A stretch of DNA of 64,000 bases, from NCBI GenBank assembly GCA_035533875.1, contig DATLSZ010000029.1, positions 31,636-95,635 on the forward strand, given 5' to 3'. Source of the stretch: Candidatus Acidiferrales bacterium. GTDB lineage: Bacteria; Patescibacteriota; Microgenomatia; Levybacterales; UBA12049. Below, piece by piece: positions 8,918-18,887 of the stretch. The notes under the pieces were generated by a model. That model did no database searches. It had not been told where the DNA came from and was given only the letters and a program-made list of their open reading frames with translations. Both the position numbers and the translations under genes were made by a program. The stretch's first letter is position 1, and each line of letters starts with the position of its first letter.

Positions 8918-9247
8918 ATGGAACCTTCATATAAAGATCTGCTTTTACAAGTTCTTACGGTAATGGGTTACCGAAACAAAGAGACCTATGCTACGGAATT
9001 TGAAGAGACGAATCATATAGAAGCAGTGACGAACTGTATGGAGATGCTTCCTGTTTCTCTACGAGAAAAAATAAAAACAAAAGAGATTGATGCTGCAGAG
9101 GCTATAAAGAATATCCCTCATGACCTCTATGAAAAGGAATTAACAACAGTATCCACAACCGCGCTTTTTTCATTACTTGATTATATGAGACCAGTGCTTA
9201 CCAATGACCAAAAGCAAGAAATAGTCGATATCATTACCGCTTATTAA
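8918..9247 (+). CDS. Hypothetical helical protein
   Basis: ORF in operon-like spacing; no recognised motif. Confidence 0.6.
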   Translation: MEPSYKDLLLQVLTVMGYRNKETYATEFEETNHIEAVTNCMEMLPVSLREKIKTKEIDAAEAIKNIPHDLYEKELTTVSTTALFSLLDYMRPVLTNDQKQEIVDIITAY

Positions 9248-9293
9248 TCTGCATTTCATTGTTTCGGGAGCCTTATCATGTTAATATAGGAGT

Positions 9294-10010
9294 ATGGATC
9301 CGAGTACACCTGCTGCCCAAGACGTGCAGAATCAAACGCCTGCTGATCAGCCTGTAAATCAAGCGCAACAGGCGACATCAGTGCCTCCTGATAATACGGC
9401 ACAACCTGCGTCGCAACCGCCACTACCGAAGCCGCAAGCGCCAAAGCATCAGATATCAGTGGGTAATATAGAAGCAGGATCTTCTGTCGTTGAGGATGGA
9501 GATGAGGATGACGATGACGAAGAATTGATGGTTTCTCCTCAGGAAACCAAGAATCGGATGGTTCTGGGACAGAATGAAGGAGAAGACGAAGATGAGACAG
9601 CCACAGTTGTCGCAGGTCAGCAAGGTGTCGCAGATATCCAGGAAAATGTGGAGTTACAACCTTCAGCGCCCGAATTGTCAGTAACAGGGAGTCCTGAGGT
9701 TGAGAAAGTTATTGAGCGTACTGCAGATCAGGAGAAGCCTGCGATACCGAAAGAAGTGATGGATGCGGGAGTTACCCATTCCGGTCCTGGTGTGATCATG
9801 GTTGAGCAGCAGAATAACTTTGGAGTTACGCAGATGCCGATATCCTATCAGCAGGCAGCTGTGCAGATAAAAAAAACAAAGTTTAAACAGTCCAAGCACT
9901 GGCTTTTGGGAAAGATCATGTATATCTGGAGGAAGCTGCAAACAAAAACAAGTAAGGAGAAAATGCCAGAAGAAGATACGCAAGAAGAAAACAGTATAGT
10001 ATTACCATAA
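9294..10010 (+). CDS. Hypothetical Pro/Gln/acidic low-complexity protein
   Basis: PQ-rich N-terminus, a DEDDDDEE run and an amphipathic C-terminal WLLGKIMYIWRKL; 2 nt before the ATPase gene. Confidence 0.7.
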   Translation: MDPSTPAAQDVQNQTPADQPVNQAQQATSVPPDNTAQPASQPPLPKPQAPKHQISVGNIEAGSSVVEDGDEDDDDEELMVSPQETKNRMVLGQNEGEDEDETATVVAGQQGVADIQENVELQPSAPELSVTGSPEVEKVIERTADQEKPAIPKEVMDAGVTHSGPGVIMVEQQNNFGVTQMPISYQQAAVQIKKTKFKQSKHWLLGKIMYIWRKLQTKTSKEKMPEEDTQEENSIVLP

Positions 10011-10012
10011 TT

Positions 10013-12394
10013 ATGCAGTTACAATCAATAACATCACAAAATATAACAAGCGTTATTTTATCGGCATTTTTGATTCTCATAGGACTCGTTCTTTTGGCGG
10101 GGCTTTTGTGGGGGCTATTCTTCATTTTTGTTCTTTGGCTTCGCTACCGAAATCGTGAATCCGAATCGCTTAATTCTATTCTCTTGCAGGTAACCGTTCC
10201 AAAAGAAAATGAAATCAAAATCGATGCAGCCGAACAACTTTTTGCAAGTCTTTATGCGCTTTATGGAACGACAAGATTTGAATATTTCAGACATCAGCCG
10301 CACATTTCTTTTGAGATTGTCGGGTTGCCCGGAGACATACGATTTTACGTCAATGTCCCGGCAAAATACCGTGATTTTGTTGAAAAACAAATAAATGGTG
10401 CATATCCTGAAGCGGATATCCTGCCAGTAAATGATCCTGCCGCCAAGCAGCGTGATGGTACAGTGATCGGAACGGAATATAATATTTTTTCAGAGAATGG
10501 CAAAGTCGCCTTCATGTGGATGAATTTGAAAGGAGCAAATTATTTACCGATTAAAACATACAAAGATCTTCCTGTTGACCCGCTAGCACAAATTACTACT
10601 ATTTTGGGGAAGATGAGTGAAGGAGAGGGCGCTGCTATTCAGATACTTATCCAGCCCTCGGGTCCAGAATGGCAAAAAGTAGGTCGTGGGTATATCGGCA
10701 ATGTCAAAAAAAATGAATCAAATCCTGAGAAGGCAAGTTATAAAACCGATGCTAAGGAACTTGAAGCAGTTGAAAACAAACTCAGCAAGCCTGGATTTTA
10801 TACAACGATCAGGGTGGTCGTCTGCTCCAATACACAAGAACAGGCAAATGCACATCTTAATAACATCAGAGGAGCATTCAGTCAATTTAATTATGTAAAT
10901 TCCTTCAAAAAACGCTGGCAATTTTTCAGAGGCTTATTTATGACTGATTTCATTTATCGTTATTTCCCAATGTTCCGAGAGTCATCGGTATTAACTAGTG
11001 AAGAATTAGCTAGTATTTACCATTTTCCCAACAAAAGCATCGGCACACCAGGCATTCACTGGCTTTATTCTAAACGCTATGCTGCGCCATCCACTATTGC
11101 AACATCGGGATTATATCTGGGAAAAAGCACATTCAGAGGATCATCGCGTCCCATTTTTGTCGATCGTGAGGACAGGAGGCGGCATTTCTATATCATCGGA
11201 AAGACCGGTACCGGTAAAACTGAGTTTCTCAAGACGATGATCACACAGGATATTCTCAATGGTGAGGGCTGCGCTGTAATTGACCCGCATGGAGACTTGG
11301 TGGAAGACATTCTTAAGATTATTCCTCCAAAACGTGCTGAAGACGTCATTCTTTTTGATCCTTCAGATTATGATCGCCCGATGGGCTTTAATATGCTGGA
11401 AGCGGAGACTGAGCAGCAGAAGCATTTCGCCGTCAACTCTATCATAGGACTTATGTATAAGTTGTTTGATCCGAACAAAACCGGTATCGTTGGACCGCGG
11501 TTTGAGCATGCCGTCCGAAACGCTATGTTGACCGTCATGTATGAAAAGGGGAGTACCCTTATTGAGGTTATGCGTGTTCTGACTGATCCTACCTATGTAC
11601 AGGAAATGCTGCCGAAAGTTCAGGATCCGATTATTAGGAGATATTGGACGGATCAGATTGCGCAGACATCAGACTTTCATAAATCGGAAGTCTTGGATTA
11701 TATTACATCAAAATTTGGGCGGTTTGTTACGAACAAAATGATCCGTAATATCATCGGTCAGTCGGATAGTGCGTTTTCATTCCGCAAAGTCATGGATGAA
11801 CAAAAGATACTCCTTATCAATCTTTCCAAAGGAATCATCGGTGAAGAAAATTCCAACTTTTTGGGGCTTGTTCTTGTTCCGAAGATCTTGATTGCCGCTA
11901 TGTCACGGCAAGATATGCCAATGAGTGAAAGGAAAGATTTCTTCCTGTATGTCGACGAGTTCCAGAATTTTGCAACTCCTGATTTCGCGCAGATTCTTTC
12001 AGAGGCCCGAAAATACCGGCTTAACTTGATCGTTGCCAATCAGTTCATCGGTCAGATGGAAGAGGAGATCAAAAACGCTATCTTCGGTAACGTCGGTACC
12101 GTTGCCTCATTTCGTGTCGGTGTGACCGACGCAAGTTACCTGCAGCACGAGTTCCAACCAATATTCAGTGAACAGGATTTGATTAATGTTGATAAATTTA
12201 ACGCATATGTGCGGACCATTATCGGAGGAGAAACGGCAGAACCGTTCTCTCTTGACACAACCAAAGATCTCTCAAAAGAAAAATCGATGGAGAATCCGCG
12301 TGTTGCTCAGCTGGTGAAAGAATTATCGCGCTTGAAGTATGGGAAGACTGTGGCAACTGTCGAGGCTGAAATTGCTCAACGGTCACGACTTTAA
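10013..12394 (+). CDS. Membrane-anchored VirB4/VirD4/HerA-like ATPase (type IV secretion coupling-type)
   Basis: N-terminal TM; RRHFYIIGKTGTGKT Walker A; IDPHGD; LYVDEFQNF Walker B; LSEARKY; FGNVGT. Confidence 0.88.
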   Translation: MQLQSITSQNITSVILSAFLILIGLVLLAGLLWGLFFIFVLWLRYRNRESESLNSILLQVTVPKENEIKIDAAEQLFASLYALYGTTRFEYFRHQPHISFEIVGLPGDIRFYVNVPAKYRDFVEKQINGAYPEADILPVNDPAAKQRDGTVIGTEYNIFSENGKVAFMWMNLKGANYLPIKTYKDLPVDPLAQITTILGKMSEGEGAAIQILIQPSGPEWQKVGRGYIGNVKKNESNPEKASYKTDAKELEAVENKLSKPGFYTTIRVVVCSNTQEQANAHLNNIRGAFSQFNYVNSFKKRWQFFRGLFMTDFIYRYFPMFRESSVLTSEELASIYHFPNKSIGTPGIHWLYSKRYAAPSTIATSGLYLGKSTFRGSSRPIFVDREDRRRHFYIIGKTGTGKTEFLKTMITQDILNGEGCAVIDPHGDLVEDILKIIPPKRAEDVILFDPSDYDRPMGFNMLEAETEQQKHFAVNSIIGLMYKLFDPNKTGIVGPRFEHAVRNAMLTVMYEKGSTLIEVMRVLTDPTYVQEMLPKVQDPIIRRYWTDQIAQTSDFHKSEVLDYITSKFGRFVTNKMIRNIIGQSDSAFSFRKVMDEQKILLINLSKGIIGEENSNFLGLVLVPKILIAAMSRQDMPMSERKDFFLYVDEFQNFATPDFAQILSEARKYRLNLIVANQFIGQMEEEIKNAIFGNVGTVASFRVGVTDASYLQHEFQPIFSEQDLINVDKFNAYVRTIIGGETAEPFSLDTTKDLSKEKSMENPRVAQLVKELSRLKYGKTVATVEAEIAQRSRL

Positions 12395-12407
12395 ATTTAT
12401 TAGGGAT

Positions 12408-12466
12408 AGAGACTAGTGATTTCTACAAGAAAATTAATTAATGCACTAACCACTAGTCTCCCTTTT
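12408..12466. terminator. Inverted repeat between convergent genes (terminator-like)
   Basis: gagactagtg ... cactagtctc followed by a T-run; the loop is long. Confidence 0.45.
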
Positions 12467-12636
12467 TAAATCCCAACATGCGGGAAAAAAGCCCACTTGA
12501 GAAGTACTACGATAAATACCAACGTTAAGAAAAAGATGCTCAGTCCAATAGGTGAGTCCCAACTGTACCACTTGCTCATATTTTCAAGAGATTTCATTTT
12601 TGCTAACTGTTCAAAATGTTTGTCGTCTATATTCAT
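12466..12636 (-). CDS. Small single-TM protein
   Basis: ATG 12636 is preceded by a strong SD (AAGGAGGTGA); hydrophobic C-terminus. Confidence 0.6.
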   Translation of the reverse strand: MNIDDKHFEQLAKMKSLENMSKWYSWDSPIGLSIFFLTLVFIVVLLKWAFFPHVGI

Positions 12637-12649
12637 AGAGATCACCTCC

Positions 12650-13159
12650 TTAGATATCCAGATATTCGACTGGATTTTCAAAACGGGTTTCCAAATCTTC
12701 TAACGTAGAAAAGAGCGATTTCGGTAATTTCTTTTCAAGAGAGGAAAGATTTTCTCCGACAATAAGTTCTGTACCGTTTGTCTGCTCGAGGTAATCAGCG
12801 TTTTTGGACCATTCTTTAGGATTTGTTAACAATGTTGCTTTTGCAGATTGATGTAATAATATTGCCCAGTTCTCTTTTTGAGTACGATAGATTTTAGCAT
12901 CCATTAGCCACACTTTATCATCCGAAAAGCCTGACCATTTACCAACTTCCTGTCCGATAAAGCGTTGTTCCCTTTGAGAATTGCTCTGTCCAATTTTTAC
13001 TGAAATTTCTTTCATGCCCTTTTCTTTTTCTTCATGACGGGATACATATTCTCTGAGTGCTCTGGCAATCACCGAAGATAATGCCTCACCGGCAATTTCT
13101 TTTGCTCGGTTAAAGAGGGATTCGTCTTTGTCGCTTACATAGATTGTCTTATTTCCCAT
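12650..13159 (-). CDS. EXLDI-family protein (N-terminal RHH-like DNA-binding region)
   Basis: Begins NKTIYVSDKD..LF.RA and ends VEYLDI. Confidence 0.8.
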   Translation of the reverse strand: MGNKTIYVSDKDESLFNRAKEIAGEALSSVIARALREYVSRHEEKEKGMKEISVKIGQSNSQREQRFIGQEVGKWSGFSDDKVWLMDAKIYRTQKENWAILLHQSAKATLLTNPKEWSKNADYLEQTNGTELIVGENLSSLEKKLPKSLFSTLEDLETRFENPVEYLDI

Positions 13160-13167
13160 ATACGTAT

Positions 13168-13195
13168 ATTATATATATATGCATATATTTGTCAA
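13168..13195 (-). promoter_or_regulatory. Sigma70 promoter of the EXLDI gene within AT-alternating palindromes
   Basis: Minus strand TTGACA, 16 bp, TATAAT; palindromes atatgcatat and atacgtat. Confidence 0.6.
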
Positions 13196-13241
13196 GTACT
13201 ATCCTGTTTTAAGGTTTCGTTGAAATTACGTTTGAATATAT

Positions 13242-13478
13242 TTAATAGATTTTCGTCAGGAGAAAGAAGGCGATGAGAAAAGCGGTAAAAATTGCATTTG
13301 CGATACTGACTCTAACCAAAACTTTGATATACTCCGGTGCGTGCAGACCGATTGCTTTTGTAACTCTGATAGTTCTTATAAGATAGAGCCACGTAAGAAG
13401 AATAACAACGATTACTACGAGAAAATAAAAAACAAGTATAAAAGCTTTTATATGAGTTAGTGTAAATAGCATAGTCAT
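13242..13478 (-). CDS. Small membrane protein (2 TM)
   Basis: Two hydrophobic stretches. Confidence 0.55.
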   Translation of the reverse strand: MTMLFTLTHIKAFILVFYFLVVIVVILLTWLYLIRTIRVTKAIGLHAPEYIKVLVRVSIANAIFTAFLIAFFLLTKIY

Positions 13479-13504
13479 AATGGTATTAGTTAGAAAATAA
13501 CCGA

Positions 13505-14143
13505 TTAATAATTTGTTACATTATTTGTGCTATGTTGTTTGAACCATATAGTATTCTGAATCATTTGCGGTTGTTGAGCGCCTCCATCCATTAACTGTTG
13601 TGTTAAGTATGTTGTGAGTTCATGAGACCCTTGAATATCTTTCAGGATAAATTCTTCCTGGTGTGTTGGTCGATCAAAGGTAATAAGGATGTCTCCCATA
13701 TCGATGATTTCATTCATAAAACCACTGCTCACAAGATCAATTTCTGTGCAATTGACTCTGTCCAGCATGACATCATTTGCAATATATGAGGTGAGTGGCG
13801 TATATCGGAGTTCAAGAATTTTTCGGTTGGTTAAGATATACATATGGAAATACCACTCAATAATGACTTTTGTTATAAGGCTTATTGCGATGCTAATGAG
13901 AAGAAGTGTTGTGGTAAAGAAGAGTGAAGAGGAAACAAAGAAATTATTGAACAGTACAAAGGCACTTGAGACAAAAAAGACTGTCAAACAACAAATGACA
14001 ATAATTGGAGTAATAACAACAAAAGGATGTTTTCTTTTGACGAGAAGCAACTGTTCGTCTTTCAGCGTTAGGAAAATATTCCAGTTTCCTCTGGTTATCA
14101 TACCATTTTGCATAAGAAAATTTTTCCTTTCTGGGCTATCCAT
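13505..14143 (-). CDS. Membrane protein with bacterial PH-like domain
   Basis: RKHPF, two TMs, then WY..YILTNRKIL and GDILITF, typical of bPH_2-like proteins. Confidence 0.65.
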   Translation of the reverse strand: MDSPERKNFLMQNGMITRGNWNIFLTLKDEQLLLVKRKHPFVVITPIIVICCLTVFFVSSAFVLFNNFFVSSSLFFTTTLLLISIAISLITKVIIEWYFHMYILTNRKILELRYTPLTSYIANDVMLDRVNCTEIDLVSSGFMNEIIDMGDILITFDRPTHQEEFILKDIQGSHELTTYLTQQLMDGGAQQPQMIQNTIWFKQHSTNNVTNY

Positions 14144-14295
14144 ACGTGACGTGAGAGTATGCTCTTGTTATAAGTTATAAAAGAATAAAATTAAGTGTTT
14201 GAGTATTTAAAGGAGATCTAGCGTAATCTATACGTAGCATATTGGTTAGGAGTGATAAATACATGATAAATCTATAAGAATACCGTAAGAGTAGC

Positions 14296-15237
14296 TTATT
14301 GAGGTAGGATATTACTGAGTGTTTGCTTCAAAGAATCGATCGCAAGAGAGATACTTTCACCAGCGAGTTCAAAGACGCTTCGTTTTTTGCAAACAACGGC
14401 GAGTGCATTTTCATCATCAGCAGATGGGGTAGTAGATAAATTGGTTTGAGGATACATGATCGACTGTGGATTACTATTATGCCCCAAACCAATGGCATGT
14501 CCCATTTCATGCGCGAGAGTATGAATAAGTTCCTGCTGCGAGTTATTAAAGTAGATATCTATTTTTCTATTTGATCCATCGACACTATACAAACCCTCTT
14601 CAGGTTTATATGAGAGTACATTATTATAGCTGTTGACTGTTTGGTTGAGCTGATCAATTTGCTGGTTGTACTGGTCGGTTGACTGATTCAGTTGATCTGC
14701 TTCCTGCTGCAGGTCGACAGACTCATTTTGCAGCGACTGCTGCTTTGCAGTCAGTTGTTTATAGATATCCGGCGGTGCGCCTCCTTTGCTGTTCCAGTAT
14801 TGAATCTCCGCGTTCAAATCGTTACTTTCTTTCTTAAAAGCAGCAACTTTTTGTTCATAATCAGCTATTTTGGGCTTCAGTGCATTTTTTTGCTGTGAAA
14901 CTTGATTGTCCATACTATTAATTTGGGAATCAAGTGATTGACGCTGGTCATATACCATATTGATCGGCATTGAAGCGTTTGGATCGTATTGCATTAGCGC
15001 TATGCCATGACTGTTTTTCCAGACATTGCCTGCTTGTTCGGCATCTTGGATTAATTCGGATTTGGATATATTAAATCTTGGATCGATGGTTCCGATACGG
15101 AACGTTTGCGGCTTATCACAGGGTAAGTAATAGAGAAGGGTATTTGCTTCTTTGGCAATTGCAGCTTCGTTAAAATAACCAAACACAAGTATTCCGATAA
15201 TAATAATTAGTCCTATCAGTTTCTTCATCAATCTCAT
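14296..15237 (-). CDS. Matrixin-family (M10) metalloprotease with coiled-coil insert
   Basis: HEMGHAIGLGH Zn motif and SIMYP Met-turn; N-terminal TM; Gln-rich heptads. Start may be 15228. Confidence 0.85.
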   Translation of the reverse strand: MRLMKKLIGLIIIIGILVFGYFNEAAIAKEANTLLYYLPCDKPQTFRIGTIDPRFNISKSELIQDAEQAGNVWKNSHGIALMQYDPNASMPINMVYDQRQSLDSQINSMDNQVSQQKNALKPKIADYEQKVAAFKKESNDLNAEIQYWNSKGGAPPDIYKQLTAKQQSLQNESVDLQQEADQLNQSTDQYNQQIDQLNQTVNSYNNVLSYKPEEGLYSVDGSNRKIDIYFNNSQQELIHTLAHEMGHAIGLGHNSNPQSIMYPQTNLSTTPSADDENALAVVCKKRSVFELAGESISLAIDSLKQTLSNILPQ

Positions 15238-15347
15238 TCTAGCCTAAGTTTGTTCAAGCCGCAAGAAAGAGTGTAAGAATTAATAAGTATCCTTATAGTG
15301 TTAGTTTTAAGAGACAATAGATGTTTTATATCTGCTAGGATACATAT

Positions 15348-17084
15348 ATGGAGGAGTTTTCTTTTAAGAAATTTTTCTATCCGTTGACATCTGTTAAAGC
15401 AGTTCATTTTATTATCCTCACCGGGCTGATTGTTTATTTCAAGAGTTTATTTAACGGATTTGTGTGGGATGATGCAGATCAAATTGTCAATAATCCGTTG
15501 ATTCTTCATCTGGGTAACATCCCTTATTTTTTTACCCACAGTACGTTTTATACGGGCGGAGCACAGTCTGCGTTATCGGGACTTTATTATCGTCCAACAA
15601 TGATGGTTTTGTTTGCACTAACAGCTTCAATGTGGGGAGTCTCTTCATTTATGTTTCATCTCAATACTATTGTGCTGCATATTGCGAACAGTATCTTAAT
15701 TTATTTTTTTATCAAAAAGCTCCTCGGTGTCAATAAATTAAAATATGCAATTCCTGCATCTTTTTCTGCAGCAATGCTCTATCTTGTCCATCCGGCGAAT
15801 GTAGAAGCAGTGGCGTATGTGTCTGCAACATCGGAATTACTCTACACATTTTTTCTTTTAGTTGCATTGAATGCGACTCTTTCTTTTGGATTCAGTAGTA
15901 AATATTCATTTGCCAAGCTGCTGCTGATATTCATTAGTGTTACTTTGTCGCTTTTTTCAAAAGAATCAGCGCTTTTAACGGTACTTTTTGTCCTTTTCCT
16001 TTCTTTTTTCTTCTTCCGTGGTAAGATAAAGATCCTTCTTATACCCAGTTTGCTTGGTGTTGGTTTGTATAGTTTTTTCCGTTTTATTCTATCACATCTT
16101 TCGGCTCCTCAGAATAATATTGGTTTACCGATTGCAAAAGCACCATTAACACAACGGCTTTTTACGGTGCCGTACGAACTCTTTTCGTATATACGGATTA
16201 TCTTATTCCCCAAAGACCTGCATATATCACAAGCGTATATTGTCACAAATCCTTCATCGGTACAATTTTATCTGCCGTTTTTTGCTGATTTTATTATGCT
16301 GTTCATAGGATTGTATTATTTGATTAGAGCAAAATCCAGACTACTTTATTTTTTTACCCTATGGCTTTGTTTGTCTTTGGGACTCGTTCTCAATATCATT
16401 GTACCCTTAGATTTTACTATTGAGGAGCGGTGGCTCTATGTCCCGCTTATCGGCGTTTTTGGTATTGCTGCTGTTATCTTTTCTAACATTTTCGGCAGCA
16501 AATGGAAGTTTTTAAAACAAATATCAGTTGTAGTTGTGATAATAGCAATCATTTTGTTTTCTCTTCGGACAATGATAAGGATAGGTGACTGGGTTGATTC
16601 ATTGACATTATACCGGCATGATATTGTACTTTCACACGATTCATTTGAGCTATATACCAATTATGGATCGACACTATACAGTGTCGGAGAATTAGCACAG
16701 AGTGAAGATGCCTACCGAAAAGCAATCCAATTGGAGCCAAATGATTTATGGGCACTGAATGATCTCGGATCAATTTATGCCAATCAAGGAGACTATAAAA
16801 AAGCAATGCCGCTTTATCAGAAATCAATGCAAATTGCCCCAACATATGCCTCATATGAAAATCTTGCGGAAATATATTATTTGACCGAAAAACCGTTTCA
16901 AGTGATTCCTGTTCTCAAACAATATCTTCAAGTCTTTCCAAATAGCGCAAAACTTAACCAGCTGACAGCATTGGAATACAGTGCAGTAGGAGAGATAGAT
17001 CTCGCTAAAGCATATGCCCGTAAGTCGGCAGCACTTAATTCTACATCGGATAACGTGACACCCTTACTGCCGCTACTACAATAA
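15348..17084 (+). CDS. TMTC-like GT-C glycosyltransferase with TPRs
   Basis: GFVWDD, YYRP, VHPANVEAV, SKES and ERWLYVP motifs; C-terminal TPRs. Confidence 0.85.
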   Translation: MEEFSFKKFFYPLTSVKAVHFIILTGLIVYFKSLFNGFVWDDADQIVNNPLILHLGNIPYFFTHSTFYTGGAQSALSGLYYRPTMMVLFALTASMWGVSSFMFHLNTIVLHIANSILIYFFIKKLLGVNKLKYAIPASFSAAMLYLVHPANVEAVAYVSATSELLYTFFLLVALNATLSFGFSSKYSFAKLLLIFISVTLSLFSKESALLTVLFVLFLSFFFFRGKIKILLIPSLLGVGLYSFFRFILSHLSAPQNNIGLPIAKAPLTQRLFTVPYELFSYIRIILFPKDLHISQAYIVTNPSSVQFYLPFFADFIMLFIGLYYLIRAKSRLLYFFTLWLCLSLGLVLNIIVPLDFTIEERWLYVPLIGVFGIAAVIFSNIFGSKWKFLKQISVVVVIIAIILFSLRTMIRIGDWVDSLTLYRHDIVLSHDSFELYTNYGSTLYSVGELAQSEDAYRKAIQLEPNDLWALNDLGSIYANQGDYKKAMPLYQKSMQIAPTYASYENLAEIYYLTEKPFQVIPVLKQYLQVFPNSAKLNQLTALEYSAVGEIDLAKAYARKSAALNSTSDNVTPLLPLLQ

Positions 17085-17117
17085 TTATGTTGAGAAGATA
17101 TCTGCTAGGATAAAGAT

Positions 17118-18887
17118 ATGGACGAGTTCATAAAAGCAACAGAGAGAAAAGAAGTTGAAGAAGCGTTTTCTTTCAGGAACTTTTTTGTTCCTTTGACGAC
17201 AGTAAAGGCAATTCATTGGATTGTTATTATCGGGGTTATCGTTTTTGCGAACAGTTTATTTAATGGATTTGTGTGGGATGATAAGACTTATGTTCTCAGT
17301 ATTTCTCAGACGATTGGTTTACATATCATAAAACTCTTCGGACAAAATATCATTACCTTATCTGGCTATTACCGTCCGATTGGCTTATTCTATTTTAGCG
17401 TACTGTATAGTATTTTCGGACAAACACCCTTTTACTATCATCTTCCGCAAATCATCCTTCATATAGTTAATACAGTATTGGTATTTCTTTTATTTGCATC
17501 CTTTTTCAGAAAAAATATTGCTTTTTTTCTCTCCCTTATTTTTTTAGTTCATCCAATCCAGACAGAATCAGTCATCTATATTGCCCCCACTGATGGTATT
17601 CTTTTCTTCTTTTTCGGAATATTGACACTTGTTATCACTAATAATAAACAAACATATCGTTTATGGATTATCACAGGAATATTAATCTTCCTTGCGTTAT
17701 TGACGAAAGAATCGGCAATTGTGTTTATTCTCTTGCTGCTTATCTTCAGAATACTTTTTAATAAAGGTAAAGTTGTACTGTATGGTTTGATAAGCCTTTG
17801 TGCGATGAGCGTGTATTTTTTTATCAGGTTCTTTATATTTCATGTTTATTTTTATCACATTACGTTCATTCCGATGGCACGAGTATCATTTGTTGACAGG
17901 TTATTAAATATTCCTGCAATAACCTGGTATTATTTGAAAACATTTTTTTATCCCACGCACTTGATCATCGACCAGCAATGGGTGATTACGCAGTTCAATT
18001 TTCAAACGTTATATCTTCCGTTATTTATTGATTGTGCCTTCTTTTTTCTCGTTATTTTTTTTAGTATATATCTCTTAAAACATAAGAGCACATTGTTTCG
18101 CGTCTATTTGTTCTTTGTTTTGTGGTTTGGTATCGGACTTGGGATTTACGAACAGATTATACCGCTTGATATGACTGTTGCTAACAGGTGGTTTTATGTG
18201 CCGATTGTCGGTCTGATTGGTATGATCGGCATTGCCATCGAAACATTTTTATTAAAAACTAAAACCAGTAAAAAAACAGTCTATATAGTTTTAATACTTA
18301 TTATAGTTTTACTTTCCGCAAGAACTATGGTCCGAAATACGGATTGGCAAAATGCTCTTATTCTTTATGAACATGACAGCATGCTCACAAGCAGTTATGA
18401 TCTGGAAGGTAATCTTGGTGAAGAATTATACTTGGCTGGCTATAAAGATAAGGCACTGTATCATTATAAAAAATCAGTGAATCTTTTGCCGTTTGACAGG
18501 ACGCTGAATAATATCGGCGTTATCTACGAACGAGAAGGAAAGTATCAACTGGCAAAACAATATTATCTTAAAGCAATCAACGCAGTAGATCCCATGCCGC
18601 CGTATCACCATGATGTAACGCTTTATCAGAATGTGTCACGAATGCTAATATATTTTGGAAATCCTGAAGATGCGGTTACATATCTTAACCAGGGATTGAA
18701 AATATATCCACATGATTATGTATTACTTCTTTTGAAGGGAATGGATGAATATAAATTGCAAGAAACAGAAAAGGCAAAATTATCTTTGCAAAAATCATAT
18801 TCTCTTGCACCAAACGATGCAGCAAAGAAAGTTATTCTGCAGTTCATGAATGATCCCACTCAGCAAATACCGCTGCAAGATTTTTAA
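17118..18887 (+). CDS. TMTC-like GT-C glycosyltransferase with TPRs (paralog)
   Basis: GFVWDD, YYRP, VHPIQTESV, TKES and NRWFYVP motifs; TPRs. Confidence 0.85.
   Translation: MDEFIKATERKEVEEAFSFRNFFVPLTTVKAIHWIVIIGVIVFANSLFNGFVWDDKTYVLSISQTIGLHIIKLFGQNIITLSGYYRPIGLFYFSVLYSIFGQTPFYYHLPQIILHIVNTVLVFLLFASFFRKNIAFFLSLIFLVHPIQTESVIYIAPTDGILFFFFGILTLVITNNKQTYRLWIITGILIFLALLTKESAIVFILLLLIFRILFNKGKVVLYGLISLCAMSVYFFIRFFIFHVYFYHITFIPMARVSFVDRLLNIPAITWYYLKTFFYPTHLIIDQQWVITQFNFQTLYLPLFIDCAFFFLVIFFSIYLLKHKSTLFRVYLFFVLWFGIGLGIYEQIIPLDMTVANRWFYVPIVGLIGMIGIAIETFLLKTKTSKKTVYIVLILIIVLLSARTMVRNTDWQNALILYEHDSMLTSSYDLEGNLGEELYLAGYKDKALYHYKKSVNLLPFDRTLNNIGVIYEREGKYQLAKQYYLKAINAVDPMPPYHHDVTLYQNVSRMLIYFGNPEDAVTYLNQGLKIYPHDYVLLLLKGMDEYKLQETEKAKLSLQKSYSLAPNDAAKKVILQFMNDPTQQIPLQDF

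Noticed and set aside
10013-12394. Integrated conjugative element
   Set aside because: No relaxase, integrase, att repeats or other tra/virB genes nearby.
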